Shown here in pieces: positions 59,716 through 64,000 of a stretch of 64,000 nt of DNA. The position numbers and the translations under genes are program-made. Numbering within the stretch: the first letter of the stretch is position 1; every line of letters starts with the position of its first letter. The notes beneath the pieces are model-generated. The model saw only the letters and a program-made list of their open reading frames with translations. It was not told the DNA's origin and searched no databases. The stretch is from an uncultured Dehalococcoidia bacterium (GTDB lineage Bacteria; Chloroflexota; Dehalococcoidia; SZUA-161), in contig CAYGWR010000001.1 in NCBI GenBank assembly GCA_964353645.1, positions 7,091 to 71,090 on the forward strand, written 5' to 3'.

Positions 59716-60722
59716 CTCCTGTTGAACCTGCAAAGCCCCTTAGTCGAAAAATAGGGCGGTGAAAGCGCTGGCGGGTATTTTATACGTCCCGGACGGTGAT
59801 TTTCCCAGCGAAATGCCCCGCAGGCCTTCAATGGTTTGCGGGGATAGCTTTTACCAGTCTATGGTCGCACTATATATCTTATGTAGAGTTGACAGCTTTG
59901 ATTTTGGCAGGTTTTTTGACCTGGCCTGTATGGACTTTTAGATACGTTCGGAAATGAGTCTGCTCTGCTTCCCCCAAAATACGAAAGTCCGTTTTGCGGT
60001 ATCAGCGTTTTCTGTGATATGCCGGCGGTTATAAAATCTATGGGATATGATTTTTGGAGAAAAACCCTGGGGATATTTTAAGGGGTGGTTAAGGTGGGCT
60101 GTCAATAAGAAAATGTCGCACCCCCCGAAAATCGGCACCCGAAAGCCTGAAAACCCGGCTCTGCGTCCTCCGCGGTCTCTGCGGTGAACTCAGGCCGTAT
60201 TCACGAAGCCCTAGAATTGAAATCCAGGCGTCTGGCGAGGCAAACCTGACCTTTTCTACCTGCTGGCAACCAGGTCAACCCTGAAGGCTCACTTTTCAGG
60301 GGCACTTTTTGTGGGAATTTTTGTCGGCCGGTTTTTGGGTAACCCTTACCAGCGCCGGGGTCGCAGCACCTCGACATAACAAGATACGGGGGCTTGACCA
60401 TTGATAAAATTTTGGGTTTTGGGCATGTTGATCCGATTAGTCTTTGTCAGTTTTTATCGTCAGTGTTTTTTTAATTTGATTTGTGGTTGATGTGGCGTGA
60501 GGTACTGAGATTGCTAGACACCTCGCACCGTAAAGCTTTAAGTAACGTTATGTAAAGTTGTTAAATAGTAGAGGGTTAATAGGGTGAGGTGGCAATGGAA
60601 TCCAGTGGTTTCGTGCTTGAGACGAAACGAGAAGACAGAGCGGGATTAACAAGAAAAGGCTTTGTTGAGATTAGTTTGAGCCAGATTTTTAGAGGAAACA
60701 AAAATTAAGGAATGTCACCTGA

Positions 60723-61640
60723 GTGGTGGTCATTGACAAGCAGCTGATGCTAGTTCAAGATACACGTAAGCGCATATTAGGGAGAAGGAAAACCCAGGGA
60801 ATTTTTCAATCCAAGCTATTAAGAGGAAGGTGCTTGAAACATCTTGACTGGCTTAAGGATACAAAAGAGAGACTAAAAACGGTTGACGGTAAGATTGTGC
60901 AGGTACTCGAATTCCGTTACCAAAAAGACGACGGTATCCTCTCAGATTGGGCAAAGCATTTTAGGAATCATTATTGCTCAGACAGCGAAATAGACAGTCT
61001 GATAAGAGGCACCAAATATACTCGGGCAGAATATTTAAACCGAATAAAGTTCCCCGATGCTTCAACAAAGCCAGGTCCAAGCATCCGTGCCGGCGACTTC
61101 GGTGAAGTTTTGATAGCGGATTACCTTGAATATATTTTAAAGTACTGGGTTCCACGTACTCGATATAATGATAAGGCTATACGTAATGAATCTACAAAAG
61201 GTTGCGATATCATAGGGTTTAAAATCCTAAATGAAGAAAAGGACTCAACAAAAGATACAATGGCCATATTTGAATCGAAAGCCCGCTTTACAGGAAGTAA
61301 ACCCCAAAATAGGCTTCAAGACGCAGTGATCGATTCTGTAAAGGATGTTACAAGAAAAGCAGAGTCATTGAATTTTATCAAGCAAAAATTGATTGACAGA
61401 CAACAAATCAAGGACGTACCTAGAGTGGAAAGATTTCAGAACCCAGAAGATCGACCTTACAGAGAAATTCCCGGAGCTGTGGCACTATTCTCAACAGAGT
61501 GTTACGACGCGAATTGTGTCTCAGAGACCGATGCATCAATTCATCCGAACGCACGAAATCTGATGCTTATCGTAATTCATGGGAATGATATGATGAAACT
61601 CGTCAACGAACTTTATCGGAGAGCTGCAGATGAAGCCTGA
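60723..61640 (+). CDS. HamA-like protein: candidate PD-(D/E)xK nuclease (DUF1837-like) partner of the downstream helicase
   Basis: Ordered acidic/lysine motifs consistent with a restriction-endonuclease-like fold are present: GDFGEVLIADYLE ... GCDIIGF ... IFESKAR. Its stop overlaps the helicase start (ATGA). The start could be GTG 60723 or ATG 60744. The region is AT-rich. Confidence 0.5.
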   Translation: MVVIDKQLMLVQDTRKRILGRRKTQGIFQSKLLRGRCLKHLDWLKDTKERLKTVDGKIVQVLEFRYQKDDGILSDWAKHFRNHYCSDSEIDSLIRGTKYTRAEYLNRIKFPDASTKPGPSIRAGDFGEVLIADYLEYILKYWVPRTRYNDKAIRNESTKGCDIIGFKILNEEKDSTKDTMAIFESKARFTGSKPQNRLQDAVIDSVKDVTRKAESLNFIKQKLIDRQQIKDVPRVERFQNPEDRPYREIPGAVALFSTECYDANCVSETDASIHPNARNLMLIVIHGNDMMKLVNELYRRAADEA

Positions 61641-64000
61641 AACTAGATCTCAGACTCTCTTAAGCATCACACGTTCAAAGGCAAAAATGTATGAATATGG
61701 TGTTCCGCAGGAATACCATATTGCTATTCCAATTGACCCCGCGAGATTATTCAGCCTCTCGATAGGTTTACTTGGAGACCTTGCAGCACAAACAAATTCG
61801 AGATCATTTAGTGAGGAATATCTGAAAGAACTTAGAGAAAATCTACAATTCTCGGCTCGCTTCTTTGATGCTTATCTACAGTCACGTTTGAATCAGCATC
61901 TTGACCCTTATCTAATACTATTAGCGTCTGCCTCTTACTACTTGTGTGGATTACCTGGTAGCTCACGTATTCTTGCGAGACACCTTAATGAAGACCATAT
62001 TGATTTAAATTGCTTAGGTTTGGAATCCCTGCTTCTCTGGCTCCTTCGGGGGAATATATCGAACTACACCAATGTGCAAAGTGAATTATATGGAGAACAC
62101 ATTAATGACATTTCAAGTAGTCTAATTGAATTCTATAGAAGTGGTAGTGGCAAGGACGACCTTTTTGAGAATGCTTCTAAGCTAAGAAGAAAGGCATACG
62201 ATGTTGGGACACCGCGACAATTGCTTTTTGCAGACGTGATCTGCGCCATAGTAAAGAAATTTGTTGATAACTCTGCTTGGTTTTGCTTGCCGCAATACTC
62301 TGACATTCCCGTAGAACAATGGTCAGATGTGCTAAGGAAAACTACTTTCATGAGAGAGCTTTGGCCTGCTCAACAACTACTGGGAGAAAAGGGTGCATAT
62401 AAAGGGAAGTCAGCAGTGGTACAGATGCCCACAAGTGCGGGAAAAACACGAGCAACTGAAATAATTATACGGAGTGCATTCTTAGCTAATCGAACGTCTT
62501 TGGCTGTAATTGTGGCTCCTTTCAGAGCCTTGTGCCACGAAATCAGAAATAGCCTTTCAGGAGCCTTTCGTGGAGAGCCGGTAAATATTGATGAATTGAG
62601 CGATGTTCTGCAAAGCGATTTTAATATAAATGAATTGCTTGGACAGAAGCAGATTCTGGTGATTACGCCTGAGAAACTTGTCTATGTTCTCCGTCATAAT
62701 CCTGAAATTGCTGAACAAATCGGTTTGTTGATTTATGATGAAGGACACCAGTTCGACACAGGAATACGTGGCATTACATATGAGCTTCTGGTTACTTCTT
62801 TAAAATCGATGGTTCCTAAGGGGATCCAGACTATACTCATCTCAGCCGTAATAATGAATGCTGATTCTATAGGTAAATGGCTCTACGGAGATGATTTTGA
62901 GTTAGTTTACGGCACTAAATTGATACCTACTTATCGTACTATTGCTTTCACAAGTTGGTTGGAAAGACGGGGACGACTTGAATTTATAAATCCAGAAGAC
63001 CCAGATAAGGGCGAATTCTGGGTTCCAAGAGTTATAGATCAGCAGAGACTAAATCTAAAAGGAAAAGAAAGGAAAGAGAGAGAATTTCCAAACAAGGAAG
63101 ATGGTCAAACCATTGCACTATTTTTGGGATTGAAGCTAGTTGCTAATGGAAGCATTGCAATTTTCTGTGGTAGAAAGGATAGTGCAGAAAACTTATGTGA
63201 GAAAGTAGTAGATGCTTATGATAGAGGGTTAACCATAAGGAAACCTATTGAGTTTTCCGATAAGGACGAGGCCAAACGACTCTGGTATCTCTACAGCCGT
63301 AATCTTGGCGATGAAGCTGCGGCTACCAGAAGTGCCTATTTAGGCGTCTTCACCCATCATGGTAATATGCCCCATGGGATTCGCCTTGCTGTCGAACACG
63401 CAATGAAGAATGCCAGAGTCGGGTTTGTTATCTGCACGTCCACCTTAGCTCAAGGTGTCAACTTACCTATTCGCTACTTATTAGTTACTGGTATCTATCA
63501 AGGGGTCGAGCCAATTAAAGTTCGCGATTTTCACAATCTGCTAGGACGTGCTGGTAGAGCAGACCAACACACTGAAGGAAGCGTGATATTCGCAGATCCG
63601 GATATCTATGACAATCGAAATACGCGGGAGGGAAAATGGAGGTGGAGAAAATACAAAGAACTTCTTAATCCAGATAATTCCGAACCTTGTATAAGTAGCT
63701 TGTTGTCAATTTTTGACCCTTTGTACAGTCATGATGGCGAGAGTCGCCTCCAGATTGGGGCTGTGGATATAGTTGCTGCGTACGTTAACAACACATTAGA
63801 TGAGTTCATGGGGAAGTTGTCTTCGCAATACGAACAGATTGGATTTACCAAAGACGTACTTGAGAGCCAGATCACAGAGAAAACAAATATCTTCTCATCA
63901 ATCGAAAATTACTTAATGGCTCATTGCGACGAATCTAAGGCAAAGGTAGACAGTGGAGGCGCAGAACAATTGGCGGTGGAGACCCTTGCGTATTTCCTGG
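61637..64000 (+). CDS. HamB-like superfamily-2 helicase (DEGH box), 3' end beyond window
   Basis: A continuous ORF of more than 788 codons. Motif I is MPTSAGKT (~62431), motif II is DEGH (~62741), motif V-like is TSTLAQGVNLP, and motif VI is LLGRAGR. A ~260-aa N-terminal domain precedes the RecA core. Confidence 0.6.

Noticed and set aside
1-64000. CRISPR arrays, IS elements and prophage genes
   Set aside because: No regularly spaced direct repeats were seen, and no transposase-, integrase-, capsid- or terminase-like ORFs. The only long repeats are intragenic (the surface protein and the rpoD N-terminus).

Overview
The window reads as a bacterial chromosomal segment, about 50-55% GC over most of its length. 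By gene content it looks Chloroflexota/Dehalococcoidia-like; this is an inference, not a search result. Most of it is a syntenic housekeeping core: the pyrG 3' end, transaldolase, rho, proB-proA, a split transketolase, ftsA-ftsZ, rpsO-pnp, dapB-(asd remnant)-dapA, miaB, rpoD-dnaG, a dGTPase-like HD protein, ppsA, ispH, plsC, rsfS, ndk, tsaB-tsaE-thiL, and one tRNA-Ser(GCU). Several accessory patches are interleaved with the core.

The accessory patches are these:
- A stand-alone GHKL/Bergerat-fold ATPase.
- An MFS transporter with a repetitive C-terminal tail.
- Two tandem paralogous Cys-rich mini-proteins behind a near-consensus promoter.
- A 974-aa cell-surface protein built from duplicated CBM-like and lamin-tail domains joined by Pro/Thr linkers.
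- A cluster of three LicC-like nucleotidyltransferase paralogs (one fused to a C2H2 zinc finger), a PhnCDE-type ABC importer and a CDP-alcohol phosphotransferase. I read this as a candidate Kennedy-type pathway for installing a phospho(no)-headgroup.
- At the 3' edge, an AT-richer island with an operonic PD-(D/E)xK-motif protein plus a large SF2 (DEGH) helicase, i.e. a Hachiman-like anti-phage module running off the window.

Two gene remnants are visible: asd between dapB and dapA, and a CaiB-type CoA-transferase N-terminus. No CRISPR array, transposase or integrase was recognised.
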